DNA of 64,000 bases from Gemmatimonadales bacterium. GTDB taxonomy: Bacteria; Gemmatimonadota; Gemmatimonadetes; Gemmatimonadales; GWC2-71-9. The notes below the pieces were generated by a model. It worked only from the letters and a program-made list of their open reading frames with translations, had not been told where the DNA came from and ran no database searches. Numbering within the stretch: position 1 is the stretch's first letter; each line of letters opens with the position of its first letter. Of this stretch, positions 40,847 to 51,754 are shown one piece after another. The stretch covers positions 192,001 through 256,000 of the forward strand of contig JBBCJC010000005.1 of the NCBI GenBank assembly GCA_037189525.1, given 5' to 3'. The translations under genes were made by a program, and so were the position numbers.

Positions 40847-41944
40847 CTACCCGATCAGGCGCTCCAGCCGTGTGACAATTTCGGTCACCGCGTGGGGCTT
40901 ACCGCGCGTCAACGCCGCCCGGCGCATCGCGTCGAGCCGAATCGGATCGGCCAGCAGCCGGCGCACCGCATCGGCCAGCTGTCGCGGCGTCAGGTCGGCC
41001 TGGCGGCGCATCACCGCGGCCCCGGCCCGCTCCAGCGCCTCGGCGTTCTTGGTCTGGTGATCGGCCGCGGCGGTCGGAAGCGGAATCAGCACCGACGGCA
41101 GCCCCCAGGCACACAACTCGGCGATCGTCGTCATCCCCGCGCGCCCCACCACCAGGTCGGCCACGGCGTAGGCGTCGGCAATCGGATCGAGAAAGTCGAC
41201 CACCCGGCGATCCGGCCGAGCATCGAGATGGCGGAACCGCTCGTAGCTGCCCCGCCCGGTCGCCCAGATCAGACTGAGATCGGTCAACCCGTCCTCGGCT
41301 ATCCAGCCGGCCATCAGCTCATTGATGGCCACCGCGCCCTGACTCCCGCCGATCACGAGCAGCACCGGCCGGTCGTCCGGCAAGCTGAAAGCGGCCCGCG
41401 CCGACGCCCTCCGTTCTGGATTCGGAGGAGCAATCGGACTGCCGGTCACCACCACCTCGGTCGAGCGCCCGGGACGCAGATGCGGCACCGCCTCGGGCGC
41501 CCCCAGGTAGACCTCCCGCACCCGGGGCGCCAGCCAACGGGTGGCCAAGCCGGGAAAGGCATCCTGATCGAGGATGGCCGTCGGAATCCCGCGACGGGCC
41601 GCCGCCCACACCAGCGGGCCCGACGCATACCCGCCGGTACCCACGACCAGCGCCGGCCGCTCCTGGTCGAGCAACCGGCGGATCATGCCGAGCAAGCGAA
41701 TGGCGAGTCCGGGCCAGCGCCAGTTCTTCCACCACTGCCGGCGGTAGATCGGCTCGAACGGGAGGAGATGAAAGGGAAAGTTCCGGGCCGGTAGCAGATG
41801 AGCCTCCACGCCCCGTGTGGCCCCGACCATGACGCTCCGCCACTCGGGGTGACGCGCGCGGAGCGCCTCGGCAATCGCGAGCGCGGGCATCAGATGGCCC
41901 CCGGTGCCGCCACCAGCCACCAGGACGGTGCGCGACTCGCTCAC
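40847..41944 (-). CDS. murG: MurG GlcNAc transferase
   Basis: GGGTGGHLMP, GTGGYASGP, GGSQGA, RAG...E, DHQTKNA. Confidence 0.96.
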   Translation of the reverse strand: MSESRTVLVAGGGTGGHLMPALAIAEALRARHPEWRSVMVGATRGVEAHLLPARNFPFHLLPFEPIYRRQWWKNWRWPGLAIRLLGMIRRLLDQERPALVVGTGGYASGPLVWAAARRGIPTAILDQDAFPGLATRWLAPRVREVYLGAPEAVPHLRPGRSTEVVVTGSPIAPPNPERRASARAAFSLPDDRPVLLVIGGSQGAVAINELMAGWIAEDGLTDLSLIWATGRGSYERFRHLDARPDRRVVDFLDPIADAYAVADLVVGRAGMTTIAELCAWGLPSVLIPLPTAAADHQTKNAEALERAGAAVMRRQADLTPRQLADAVRRLLADPIRLDAMRRAALTRGKPHAVTEIVTRLERLIG

Positions 41945-43068
41945 GGAGGAACGGCCCGGCCGCGCATCCGGCCGACGCTCAGCACCACGCCGACGCCCAG
42001 CAGCGTGACCCAGAGATTCGACCGCCCGGCCGACATGAACGGGAGCACCAGGCCGGTCGTCGGCATCAGCCCCATGTTGACCGCCATGTGCATCAACGCG
42101 GTGATCCCCACCGACGCCGTGAGCCCGCCAGCCAGGTAACGCCCGAACGGATCAGGCGCCGTCCGAGCAATCCGAAGCCCGAGCCAGCAGAAGACACCGA
42201 ACAGCAGCACCACGAAGGCCACGCCGAGAAAACCCCACTCCTCACCTACCGTGCTGAAGAGGAAGTCGGACGGCGCATAGGGCAGATAGTTGAGCTTGAG
42301 CTGCCCTTCCCCGAACCCGGTGCCGAAGAATCGTCCCGCCGCGAATCCCTTGGTGGCCTGATCGAGCTGCCAGTTGGTCGTGGCCTGGCAATCGGAGGCA
42401 AGCCCGAAGAAGCAGCGGAAGCGCTGAAAGCGATACGGCTCCGCCATGATCGCCGCGACGCCGGCAAAGACCACGCCGATGAAGAGCAACAGGAACTGAC
42501 CGATCTTTGCGCCGGCAATGAAGAGGATCGTCCCGCCCAGCACCGCAATGATGGTGGCCATCGACAGGTTGGGCTGCAGCAGCACGAGCAACGATACCAG
42601 TCCGGTCACCACCAGCACCGGCGCCATTCCCTTCTTGAACTCCCGGATCTGGTCGCCCTTCTTGGCCGCGATCATGGCCGCCCACACCACGATGGCAAAG
42701 CGCGCCAGCTCCGAAGGCTGGAATCCCATCCCGGCAATATTGATCCACCGCTTGGCGCCGTTGATCCGCGGCGCAATCGACCCGAGTCCCGGCAGGAGCA
42801 GGATCACGAGCAGCGTCAGCGTGAGGAACAGGATCGGCCAGGCCCAGTCACGCCAGCGCTGATAGTCGATCCGCGAGGCGATGAGCAGGATCACCGCGCC
42901 AACCCCGGCGCCGAAGAGCTGCTTGAGCGCGACACTCAACCCCGCATCCTGGAAACTCGCCGCGGAATAGACGCTGACGATCCCGAAGACGGTCAGCACG
43001 GCGGTCACCGTGCCGAAGAGCCGAGTTTCCCAACGAACCTCGCTCGGATGGTCGACCTGACGATTCAC
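41941..43068 (-). CDS. ftsW: SEDS peptidoglycan glycosyltransferase FtsW
   Basis: NGAKRWI, FQPSELAR, SDFLFS..GEEWG, PTTGLVLPFMS. GTG 43068. Confidence 0.94.
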   Translation of the reverse strand: MNRQVDHPSEVRWETRLFGTVTAVLTVFGIVSVYSAASFQDAGLSVALKQLFGAGVGAVILLIASRIDYQRWRDWAWPILFLTLTLLVILLLPGLGSIAPRINGAKRWINIAGMGFQPSELARFAIVVWAAMIAAKKGDQIREFKKGMAPVLVVTGLVSLLVLLQPNLSMATIIAVLGGTILFIAGAKIGQFLLLFIGVVFAGVAAIMAEPYRFQRFRCFFGLASDCQATTNWQLDQATKGFAAGRFFGTGFGEGQLKLNYLPYAPSDFLFSTVGEEWGFLGVAFVVLLFGVFCWLGLRIARTAPDPFGRYLAGGLTASVGITALMHMAVNMGLMPTTGLVLPFMSAGRSNLWVTLLGVGVVLSVGRMRGRAVPP

Positions 43069-44414
43069 ATCGCCTCCACCAGCCGGCGGAACGTGGCGCC
43101 CCGCACCTCGTAGTTCGGGAACATGTCGTAACTCGAGCACGCCGGCGACAGCAGTACTGCGTCGCCCGGCTGCGCCAGCGATCGCGCGGTGGCGATCACC
43201 TCTTCAAACGAGCCTCCCTCCACGAGAGGGACCCGGCCGCGCAGATCGTCGAGAATGATCGGCCGAGCCTCGCCGTAGGCAATCACGGCCCGGCATTGCG
43301 TCAGGAGCGGCGCCAGGCGCGCATAGCTCTCGCCCTTGTGCCTGCCACCGAGCAACAGGACGTAGCGGCGGGTCATCGCACGGACTGCCACGTCGGTCGA
43401 CGACAGGTTGGTCGCCTTGGAATCGTTGATCCAGAGCACCCCGCCCTTTTCACCGACCGGCTCCATCCGGTGCGGCAGCGCGGCAATCGTCTCGAGACCC
43501 TGCCCGATGACTTCGATCGGCACACCCAGCGCCGCCACCGTCAGCGCTGCCGCCAGCGCATTGGCGACGTTGTGGTCGCCCAGGAGCGGCAAGCGGTCGC
43601 GATCGAGCAACCCCGCATCGCCCAACCGGAGCAGGTTCTCGGCCCGGTCGTACCACGCATCGGCCGGACCAGTCAGCGAGAACTGATAGCGATGCCCCGG
43701 CATGTCGCCGACCCAGCGCGCCGACGTCTCGTCGTCGGCATTGGTAATCCAGTGCGACTCGACAGCGGCGTTGGCAAAGAGCCGCATCTTGTCGCGATAG
43801 TAATCGTCCAGGGTGGCGTACCGATCGAGATGGTCCGGCGCAAGGTTGGTGAGCACCCCCACCGACGGCGCCAGGCTGGGCATGTGGTGCAACTGAAAGC
43901 TCGAGAGCTCGACGGCCAGCTGATCCGGACGATCGGCCGAAAGCGCCAGCTGCGAAAGCGGCGTTCCGATGTTGCCGGCCGTCCGGGCGCGGCGTCCCGC
44001 GGCGACGAGCAGATGGCCGACCAGCGCCGTCGTCGTGGTCTTGCCGTTGGTGCCGGTAATCGCGGCGTACTCGATCGGCTGGAGGGCGCGCAAACCCAGC
44101 TCCGCCTCCGCCCACACGGTCACGTCGCGCGCCCGCGCGGCAACCACCGGCGGGGCATCGGGCGGCACGCCCGGCGAGAGCACCGCCAGCCCGGCTCGGC
44201 CGATCCGATCGAGATCGTGGCCGCCGACCTCGACCGTCGCACCCAACTCCCGCAGCTGGACAGCGGTGGCGTCCAGCGACTCTCCGCGCCCGCCATCGGA
44301 GGCGTAGACGGCCGCGCCGGCGCTCCGGAGCAGCCGCGTTGCCGCTTCGCCGCTCCGGCCCAGGCCGATGACGGCGACCTCGCGAGCCCGGTCGAGGCCG
44401 GGAATCGTCGGCAC
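43065..44414 (-). CDS. murD: UDP-MurNAc-L-Ala--D-glutamate ligase
   Basis: GLGRSG, GTNGKTTT, ELSSFQL, DHLDRY, NDSKATN, LLSPACSSYD. GTG 44414. Confidence 0.96.
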   Translation of the reverse strand: MPTIPGLDRAREVAVIGLGRSGEAATRLLRSAGAAVYASDGGRGESLDATAVQLRELGATVEVGGHDLDRIGRAGLAVLSPGVPPDAPPVVAARARDVTVWAEAELGLRALQPIEYAAITGTNGKTTTTALVGHLLVAAGRRARTAGNIGTPLSQLALSADRPDQLAVELSSFQLHHMPSLAPSVGVLTNLAPDHLDRYATLDDYYRDKMRLFANAAVESHWITNADDETSARWVGDMPGHRYQFSLTGPADAWYDRAENLLRLGDAGLLDRDRLPLLGDHNVANALAAALTVAALGVPIEVIGQGLETIAALPHRMEPVGEKGGVLWINDSKATNLSSTDVAVRAMTRRYVLLLGGRHKGESYARLAPLLTQCRAVIAYGEARPIILDDLRGRVPLVEGGSFEEVIATARSLAQPGDAVLLSPACSSYDMFPNYEVRGATFRRLVEAM

Positions 44415-44415
44415 C

Positions 44416-45543
44416 TTATCGGACCTTGAGCGTGGCAAAGGCCACCAGCGCGCAGAAGAAGCCGAGAATCCAGAAGCGGACCACGACCTGACTCTCGGGC
44501 CAGCCCTTCTTCTCGAAGTGATGATGCAGCGGCGCCATCCGGAAGACCCGGTGGGCATCGGCATATTCGCGCCCCCGGGTCCGCTTGAACCACTTGTAGA
44601 CCCCAATCTGCAGGATCACCGATACCTGCTCCGCCACGAACACCCCGCCGATGATCAACAACAAAAACTCGGCGCGGAGCAGGATGGCCACGGTTCCGAA
44701 GGCGCCGCCGATGGCCAGGCTGCCCGTATCGCCCATGAAGACCCGCGCCGGATGCGCGTTGTACCAGAGGAAGCCGATGGCCCCGCCCATCAATGCCGCG
44801 CAGAAGACAGTGAGTTCACCGGCACCGGGCAGATAGTAGAAGCCCAGGTACGACGTCATGTCGACGCGGCCGAAGATGTAGGCAAACACCGCGAACGCCC
44901 CTGCGGCGATTGCCGTGAGACCGGCCGCGAGACCGTCCAAACCGTCGGTCATGTTGACCGCGTTGCTGGAGCCCGTCACGACGAAGGTGACGAATCCGAC
45001 ATACAACAACGGTGCGAAGATGACGACCGTGTACTTGAGAAACGGCAGGATCGTTGCCGTCGCCGGGAGCGTCGTGGTGGGCACCACGGGTTCGAGCCAG
45101 AGATACAGACCGAGCGCAATACCGAAGGTGCACTGTCCGACCAGCTTCCAGCGCGCCACCAGGCCGCGCGATTTGCCCTGCACCACTTTGAGATAGTCGT
45201 CCAGGAATCCGATCGCACCGGTCCACAGCGTCGCGAACACCGCCACCAGGATGAACCGGTTGGTGAGCGGCGCCCAGAGCAGCGTCGGCACCACGGTAGC
45301 AAGCAGGATGATCAGCCCACCCATGGTCGGGGTGCCGCGCTTGGCCTCGTGGCTCGCCAGCAAGCCGGTCCGCACCACCTGCCCGATCTTGAGGCGGTGC
45401 AGTCGCTCGATGATCCAGGGCCCCGCCACGAACGCAATCAGGAGCGCCGTCACCACCGCCCCGGCGGCGCGGAAACTGATGTAGTTGAAAAGATTGAAGA
45501 GGATGTGATCGCGGCCCAGCGGGGCCAGCAGATGATAAAGCAT
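44416..45543 (-). CDS. mraY: Phospho-N-acetylmuramoyl-pentapeptide transferase
   Basis: GTPTMGG, FLDDY, NAVNMTDGLDGL, FMGDTGS, MAPLHHHFE. Confidence 0.97.
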   Translation of the reverse strand: MLYHLLAPLGRDHILFNLFNYISFRAAGAVVTALLIAFVAGPWIIERLHRLKIGQVVRTGLLASHEAKRGTPTMGGLIILLATVVPTLLWAPLTNRFILVAVFATLWTGAIGFLDDYLKVVQGKSRGLVARWKLVGQCTFGIALGLYLWLEPVVPTTTLPATATILPFLKYTVVIFAPLLYVGFVTFVVTGSSNAVNMTDGLDGLAAGLTAIAAGAFAVFAYIFGRVDMTSYLGFYYLPGAGELTVFCAALMGGAIGFLWYNAHPARVFMGDTGSLAIGGAFGTVAILLRAEFLLLIIGGVFVAEQVSVILQIGVYKWFKRTRGREYADAHRVFRMAPLHHHFEKKGWPESQVVVRFWILGFFCALVAFATLKVR

Positions 45544-45552
45544 CGCGAAGCC

Positions 45553-46896
45553 TTAAGGCGCAGTGCGAGCGATGAGAGCCGGGAGCATCCGTTCGAGCGT
45601 CACGCCGCGCGACCCCTTGAGGACGACGAGTTCATCGCCGGCGAGCCGGGGAGCGAGTTGTTCGCCCATGGTAAGGGCGTCGGGCGCTGTGAGCAACCGT
45701 TCGCCCAGCCGATCGGCGTACGGAACCAGCGCAGGCCCGAATTCCCCGACCGCGGCCAGCAGGTCGGGGTCGAGCGCCACCAGCGCTTCGGCGATCTCGG
45801 CATGCCATCGCGCCGCATCGGGACCGAGTTCACGCATGGTCCCGGCCACGAAGACCAGCCGCCGGTTGCCACGCATGGACCGGGCGACCTCGATGACCGC
45901 GCGAAAGGACGCCGGATTGGCGTTGTAGCTGTCGTTGAGGATGGTGAGCGCCCCATGCTGCGTCAGCTCACCCCGCCCGCCGGGCAGGCTGACTCGGCCG
46001 AGCGCCGCTGCCACGGCTGCCAGGTCGAGGCCAAGCTCCTTGGCCACCGCCCAGACGAGGAGGGCGTTCCGGGCCTGGTGGAGCCCCAGCTGGCTCAACC
46101 TGAACTCGGCGCCGTCGACCATGAGCCGGGCATGTCCAGCTGCATCGAGGGCCACCGACGTCGGCACGATATCGCCCCGTTCGAAGCCCGCCGTCACCAC
46201 TCGGCCGGCGCGCGCTCGGGCCCCTGCCAGCAACTCGGCATCGTCGGACGGGATCACCGCGACCGGAACGCCATCGGCCAGGGCAAGCTTCTCGGTCCGC
46301 ACCGCCTCGACCGATCCGAACCCCTCAAGATGCCCTTGCGCCACGTTGGTGATGACCGCGACGGTCGGCTCGATGATCTCCCGATAGCGCGCAATCTCGC
46401 CGAGCAGGTTGGCGCCCGCCTCGACCACCAGCGCCTGGGTATCCTCCGGCGCCTCGAGAATCGTCTGCGGGACCCCGACCAGGTTATTGAGATTGAGCCG
46501 AGTGGCGTGGACCCGGAACCGGGTCGCGAGCGCCGCCGCGAGCATTTCTTTCGTCGAGGTCTTGCCGTTGGTCCCCGTCACCCCGACCACCGGCCCGCGC
46601 AGCTGGCGACGGCGATGACGAGCCAACCATCCGTAGGCTCGCAGGGTATCGTCGACCCGATAGAGCGAGAGCCCGGGCACTTCCGGCGTATCAGCCCGGA
46701 CGATGGCCGCCGTGGCACCCGCATCGCGCGCGGCTTCGAGAAACCGATGCCCGTCGAACCGCTCACCCACCAGCGCCACGAACAGCGCCCCCGGCACCAG
46801 CGTGCGGGTATCGGTGACGATGGCGGTATAGACGGGCCCATCCGCGCCGCCCGGAAGGCCCAGCGCCGTGCGCACCGCCCGGTCGTCCCAGCGCAT
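45553..46896 (-). CDS. murF: UDP-MurNAc-tripeptide--D-Ala-D-Ala ligase
   Basis: GERFDGH, GTNGKTSTKE, NDSYNANP, LKGSRG. Confidence 0.96.
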   Translation of the reverse strand: MRWDDRAVRTALGLPGGADGPVYTAIVTDTRTLVPGALFVALVGERFDGHRFLEAARDAGATAAIVRADTPEVPGLSLYRVDDTLRAYGWLARHRRRQLRGPVVGVTGTNGKTSTKEMLAAALATRFRVHATRLNLNNLVGVPQTILEAPEDTQALVVEAGANLLGEIARYREIIEPTVAVITNVAQGHLEGFGSVEAVRTEKLALADGVPVAVIPSDDAELLAGARARAGRVVTAGFERGDIVPTSVALDAAGHARLMVDGAEFRLSQLGLHQARNALLVWAVAKELGLDLAAVAAALGRVSLPGGRGELTQHGALTILNDSYNANPASFRAVIEVARSMRGNRRLVFVAGTMRELGPDAARWHAEIAEALVALDPDLLAAVGEFGPALVPYADRLGERLLTAPDALTMGEQLAPRLAGDELVVLKGSRGVTLERMLPALIARTAP

Positions 46897-48369
46897 CTAG
46901 CGACCCTCCAGGATCTCGACGACGACAACCCGTTCATCGAACGGATACGACGTGGTTCCGATGATCTGGTAGGTCTCGTGTCCCTTCCCGGCCAGCACCA
47001 GGGTATCGTCGGGCCGAGCCTGCTCGAGCACCCAGCGAATCGCCTCGCGTCGATCGGCAATCCGCTGCAGCCCATCTCGCGAGGGAAACCCGGCGACGAT
47101 CTCGTCGATGATCGCGTCGGGATCTTCGGTTCGGGGGTTGTCGGAGGTCACGATCGACAGATCGGCCAACTCCGCCGCCAGCCGACCCATGATCGGCCGC
47201 TTGCCCCGGTCACGATCGCCGCCGCAGCCGAACAGCACCATCAGCCGGCCGGGCGTGATGGGACGCAAGGTCCGCAAAACCCGTTCAAGCGCGTCCGGTT
47301 TGTGCGCATAGTCGCGGATCACCACGCAGGGCTGGTCGGCCAGACGCTCCATCCGTCCCGGCACCTGGGGTGCATCGGCCAGCCGGGCTGCCACCGTATC
47401 GAACGACCGACCCAACCCGAGCGCACAGGCCGCCGCCGCGAGAGCATTGGAGACATTGAATTCTCCCGGGAGCGGCAGCGTCACCTCGGCATCACCGTAC
47501 CGGCCGGTCAGCCGGAAACGGCTTTCGAGCGGCAACAGCACCAGGTCACGGGCCTGCAGCATCGCCGATGGGGAGGTACCGAAGGTCACCACGTCGGAGC
47601 GGTCCCAGAGTGACTCCCACGCCGGATCGTCCCGATTGGCCGCGACCACTCCGCTCGGCGCCAGCAGGTCGAGCAGACGGAGCTTGGCGTCGCGATAGCG
47701 GTCCATGGTGATGTGATAGTCGAGATGCTCGCGGCTCAGATTGGTGAAGATGGCGCCGTCGAACACCAGGCCGTCCAACCGCCCCTGCTCCAGGCTGTGC
47801 GAGGAGGTTTCCATCGCGATCTGCCGAACCCCGGCAGCCACCATCCCGGCAAGCGTGGCCTGGAGATCGACCGGCCCCGGTGTCGTCAGCGACCCTGCCG
47901 TCGACGGCACCGATCGGCCGGCGCCATCGTACGCACCGAGCGTCCCGATCGTCCCCGCCGCGTGATGGTCGTCGCCCAGCAGGTGCGCAGCGAGTAGCGT
48001 CGTGGTCGTTTTGCCGCTGGTGCCCGTCACCCCGATCAACGACAGGTGCCGGGCCGGGTCGCCGAACCAGGCCCGGGCCAGCGCAATCGCGGCGCGCCGG
48101 CCGTCGCGTACCACCACCTGGGGAATGGCCAACTCGGACAGCAGAGTTTCGACCACCGCCACCGTCGCGCCCGCCGCCGCAGCCATCGGGACGAACCGGT
48201 GACCGTCGACCTGTGAGCCTCGAACCGCCAGAAACCAGGCGCCTGGAGTCACCCCGCGGCTGTCCACCACCAATGCCGACGGCGACGGACATCCGTCCGG
48301 TGCGCTGACCAGCAAATCGTCCCGCCCGAGCGCCGCCAGGAGTGACGCCGTGTCCCGAACGCCGGTCAT
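46897..48369 (-). CDS. murE: UDP-MurNAc-dipeptide--meso-DAP ligase
   Basis: GTSGKTTT, ETSSH, DYAHKPD, GCGGDRD, DNPR (DAP-type), AGKGHE. Confidence 0.96.
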   Translation of the reverse strand: MTGVRDTASLLAALGRDDLLVSAPDGCPSPSALVVDSRGVTPGAWFLAVRGSQVDGHRFVPMAAAAGATVAVVETLLSELAIPQVVVRDGRRAAIALARAWFGDPARHLSLIGVTGTSGKTTTTLLAAHLLGDDHHAAGTIGTLGAYDGAGRSVPSTAGSLTTPGPVDLQATLAGMVAAGVRQIAMETSSHSLEQGRLDGLVFDGAIFTNLSREHLDYHITMDRYRDAKLRLLDLLAPSGVVAANRDDPAWESLWDRSDVVTFGTSPSAMLQARDLVLLPLESRFRLTGRYGDAEVTLPLPGEFNVSNALAAAACALGLGRSFDTVAARLADAPQVPGRMERLADQPCVVIRDYAHKPDALERVLRTLRPITPGRLMVLFGCGGDRDRGKRPIMGRLAAELADLSIVTSDNPRTEDPDAIIDEIVAGFPSRDGLQRIADRREAIRWVLEQARPDDTLVLAGKGHETYQIIGTTSYPFDERVVVVEILEGR

Positions 48370-50360
48370 GTGCTACGCGGCCGGCCGGCCACGATCACGA
48401 CGGTCTTCCCCGCCTCGAATGTCTCACCCGTTTCCGGCACCGTACGCTGCACCACTCCGCTCCCTTCGAGTCGAACCTGGAACCCGCGTCGATGCAGCGC
48501 GGCAGTCGCCTTCCGGACGGAGAGGCCGACCACATCTGGGACCTCGTGCGACGGCGCGGCCTCGCGACCCGCCGGCGGAACCGGAATCGCGACCCAGCTG
48601 CGCCGCTCCGGTTCCCGATCGACCGTCGTCGGCCGCGCCGCTACAGCGTGCCGCCCAGCGCCCTGGTCCGCCAGCCGGGTACGGTCGAGCGAGGTCCGCC
48701 GGGCAGCCAGCGCCTGCCGCAGCATCCGACCGACCAGCGGCGCCGCCACCGTGCCTCCGTAATAGCCGCCCCTCGGCCGCTCGATGCGCACCACGACCAC
48801 CAGCTGCGGATCGTTGGCCGGGAAGATGCCCGCAAACGACGCCGCATGCTCGTCGACATACCGGCCATTGCGCACCAACCGAGCCGTTCCGGTCTTGCCC
48901 AGCACGCCGCCGCGGACCTGTGCCCGGCTACCAGTACCGGAGTCGGCGGCCGAGAGCGCCAAATAGCGCCGGATGGTGGCGGCCACTTCGGGGGTGACGG
49001 CCTGCCGAACCTCGAGCGGCTGATGGCGATAGATCACTTTGCCTTCGGGGTCGCGGATTTCGCGGATCAGCGCCGGCGCCATCAGGCGCCCGTCGTTGGC
49101 CAGCGCCCCGTACGCAGCCGCCAGCTGAATCGGCGTGACCTGAATGGCGTAGCCCATCGCCGCGCTGATACCCTCCTGCCCCGCCCGCCAGCGTTCCGGC
49201 CGAGGCACCACCCCGGACGCCTCACCCGGAAACTCGACCCCGGTGGGCGAGGCGAAACCGAAGGCCCGCAATGCCTCATAGTGTTCGGCGGAACTCAGCC
49301 GCTGGGAAAACTTGCCCATCGCGATGTTGCTCGACACCTGGATCGCGCGCGCCAAAGTGAGCGGGTGCTTCTGGGGATGATCGTCGCGCACCGGCCGGGA
49401 CCGGCCGGCCACCGGCCAGGTGCCCTTCTCCGGCGACACCTCATCGGTACTGTCGACCCGGCCGAGCGCGAGCAGCGCCGCCGCGGTAAAGGGCTTGGCG
49501 GTCGATCCGGGCTCGAACGAACTCCCGAAGAACGAGGCGCTGACCACCTCGCGTCCCAGCGAATCAACCTCGCGCGCGGCTGCCGCCAGCACCTCGCCGG
49601 TCCGCGGATCGAGAAACACGATGTCGCCGCGACGGGGGTTGGCTTCGCGGAACACCGCGGCCAGGCTCCCCTCGGCGATCTCCTGCAACTCCCGATCGAT
49701 GGTCAGGGTGACATCGTGACCGCGCACCGCCGGCCGCGCCACCCGCCCCGGCGATTCGTAGGTCTGGCCTTTGGCGTCTTTGATCAGCACCGCCTCGCCG
49801 GGCACCCCGACCAGGAGCGAATCGAGGAAGCGCTCGAGACCGGTGCGCCCTTCACTCCGATCCGCCCACAGGTTGCCGATCAGCGGCCTGGCCAGCGGCC
49901 CGGACGGATATTCACGCCGGTAGAGGGGACGCGGATAGACGCCGTCCATGGTGCGCAACCGCCGCATCTGGTTCGCGGTGAACGGACCATGGGCGTAGAA
50001 GTCCCGCTTGGCGCGCAGTGCCGTTTCCAGCCGGTTGACGTCGCGCCCGATGTCCTGCCGGTAGATCCGCAGGAGCGAGTCCGGATGCCTGACCTGGACG
50101 CCGGCAATGTCGATCCGATAGCGTTCGAGCGAGGTGGCGAGCGGGGTTCCGGCCCGGTCCGCAATCACCCCGCGCGGGGGTTCGATGACGCGGCGGGCCG
50201 TCCGCTCGGACTCCGCGATGTCGGCATAGTCTCCCCCGCGCGCCAACTGCAGATACCCGGCTCGGCCGACCATCGCCAGGCCGCCCAACAGGAGGAAGAT
50301 ACCGAGCCAGCGGAGCCGGCCTTCGGGATTCGTGGCGCGCTCAGCGGGGACGCGATTCAC
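48366..50360 (-). CDS. ftsI: Class B penicillin-binding protein (FtsI/PBP3) with C-terminal PASTA domain
   Basis: RGVIADR, EPGSTAK (SxxK), SSN (SxN), KTGTA, VPDVVGLS. GTG 50360. Confidence 0.94.
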   Translation of the reverse strand: MNRVPAERATNPEGRLRWLGIFLLLGGLAMVGRAGYLQLARGGDYADIAESERTARRVIEPPRGVIADRAGTPLATSLERYRIDIAGVQVRHPDSLLRIYRQDIGRDVNRLETALRAKRDFYAHGPFTANQMRRLRTMDGVYPRPLYRREYPSGPLARPLIGNLWADRSEGRTGLERFLDSLLVGVPGEAVLIKDAKGQTYESPGRVARPAVRGHDVTLTIDRELQEIAEGSLAAVFREANPRRGDIVFLDPRTGEVLAAAAREVDSLGREVVSASFFGSSFEPGSTAKPFTAAALLALGRVDSTDEVSPEKGTWPVAGRSRPVRDDHPQKHPLTLARAIQVSSNIAMGKFSQRLSSAEHYEALRAFGFASPTGVEFPGEASGVVPRPERWRAGQEGISAAMGYAIQVTPIQLAAAYGALANDGRLMAPALIREIRDPEGKVIYRHQPLEVRQAVTPEVAATIRRYLALSAADSGTGSRAQVRGGVLGKTGTARLVRNGRYVDEHAASFAGIFPANDPQLVVVVRIERPRGGYYGGTVAAPLVGRMLRQALAARRTSLDRTRLADQGAGRHAVAARPTTVDREPERRSWVAIPVPPAGREAAPSHEVPDVVGLSVRKATAALHRRGFQVRLEGSGVVQRTVPETGETFEAGKTVVIVAGRPRST

Positions 50361-50654
50361 CGGCACCGGCTCCCAGCAAGAGAATGGTCGACGCCGTATC
50401 CGGAGGCACGGCAAGACCCAGCTTGGCCACCTTGGGCGCCAGCGCCTCGGCCGTCGAGGCCATCCGAATCCGGCGCTCCAGTTCCGCCTGGCGCGCCTCG
50501 AGAGCGCCCCGGGCCTCCTTGAGCTGCCGGAGCCGTCCCGCGGTGTCGAACGCCGCCTTCTGACGCAGCAGCACCCCGGCGGCCACCACCAGGAAGATGG
50601 TGAGCCAGAACGCGACCCAGTAGCGCCCGGTGCCCTTCTTAGCGCGCTTGGCCG

Positions 50655-50658
<4 letters not shown>
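50341..50658 (-). CDS. ftsL: Probable cell division protein FtsL
   Basis: Short N-terminus, one TM, leucine-zipper coiled coil; lies between rsmH and ftsI. Confidence 0.75.
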
Positions 50659-51560
<902 letters not shown>

Positions 51561-51570
51561 GTGTCCTCAT

Positions 51571-51610
51571 AAAAAAAATCACCCCGCCACCAAATTGGGA
51601 CGGGGTGATT
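51571..51610 (-). terminator. Intrinsic terminator downstream of tRNA-Asp
   Basis: Minus strand AATCACCCCG...CGGGGTGATT followed by a T-tract (8 T in total). Confidence 0.85.
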
Positions 51611-51623
51611 GGTACCTTCGAGA

Positions 51624-51698
51624 CGGGGCTGACGGGGCTCGAACCCGCGACCTCCGCAGTGACAGTGCGGCACTCTAACCAAGCTGAGCTACAGCCCC
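51624..51698 (-). tRNA. tRNA-Asp(GTC)
   Basis: GGGGCTGTAGCTCAGCTTGGTTAGAGTGCCGCACTGTCACTGCGGAGGTCGCGGGTTCGAGCCCCGTCAGCCCCG; CCA not encoded. Confidence 0.97.
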
Positions 51699-51717
51699 TG
51701 GTCGTTTGGAGCCCCTA

Positions 51718-51747
51718 AATATAAGGGGCTCCTACGCCTTCGATCAA
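51718..51747 (-). promoter_or_regulatory. Putative sigma70 promoter of tRNA-Asp, with -10 inside a 9-bp inverted repeat
   Basis: TTGATC-N18-TATATT; GGAGCCCCT-N7-AGGGGCTCC at 51708-51732. Confidence 0.55.
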
Positions 51748-51754
51748 TGGCTGC

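Noticed and set aside
44368..47613. 1081-aa plus-strand ORF, and similar long ORFs (31880-34357, 48342-50522, 13735-15786, 57061-59118, 10022-11881, 10986-13403)
   Set aside because: Antisense or alternate-frame shadows of well-supported genes. Expected in high-GC DNA, and none has a recognisable motif.
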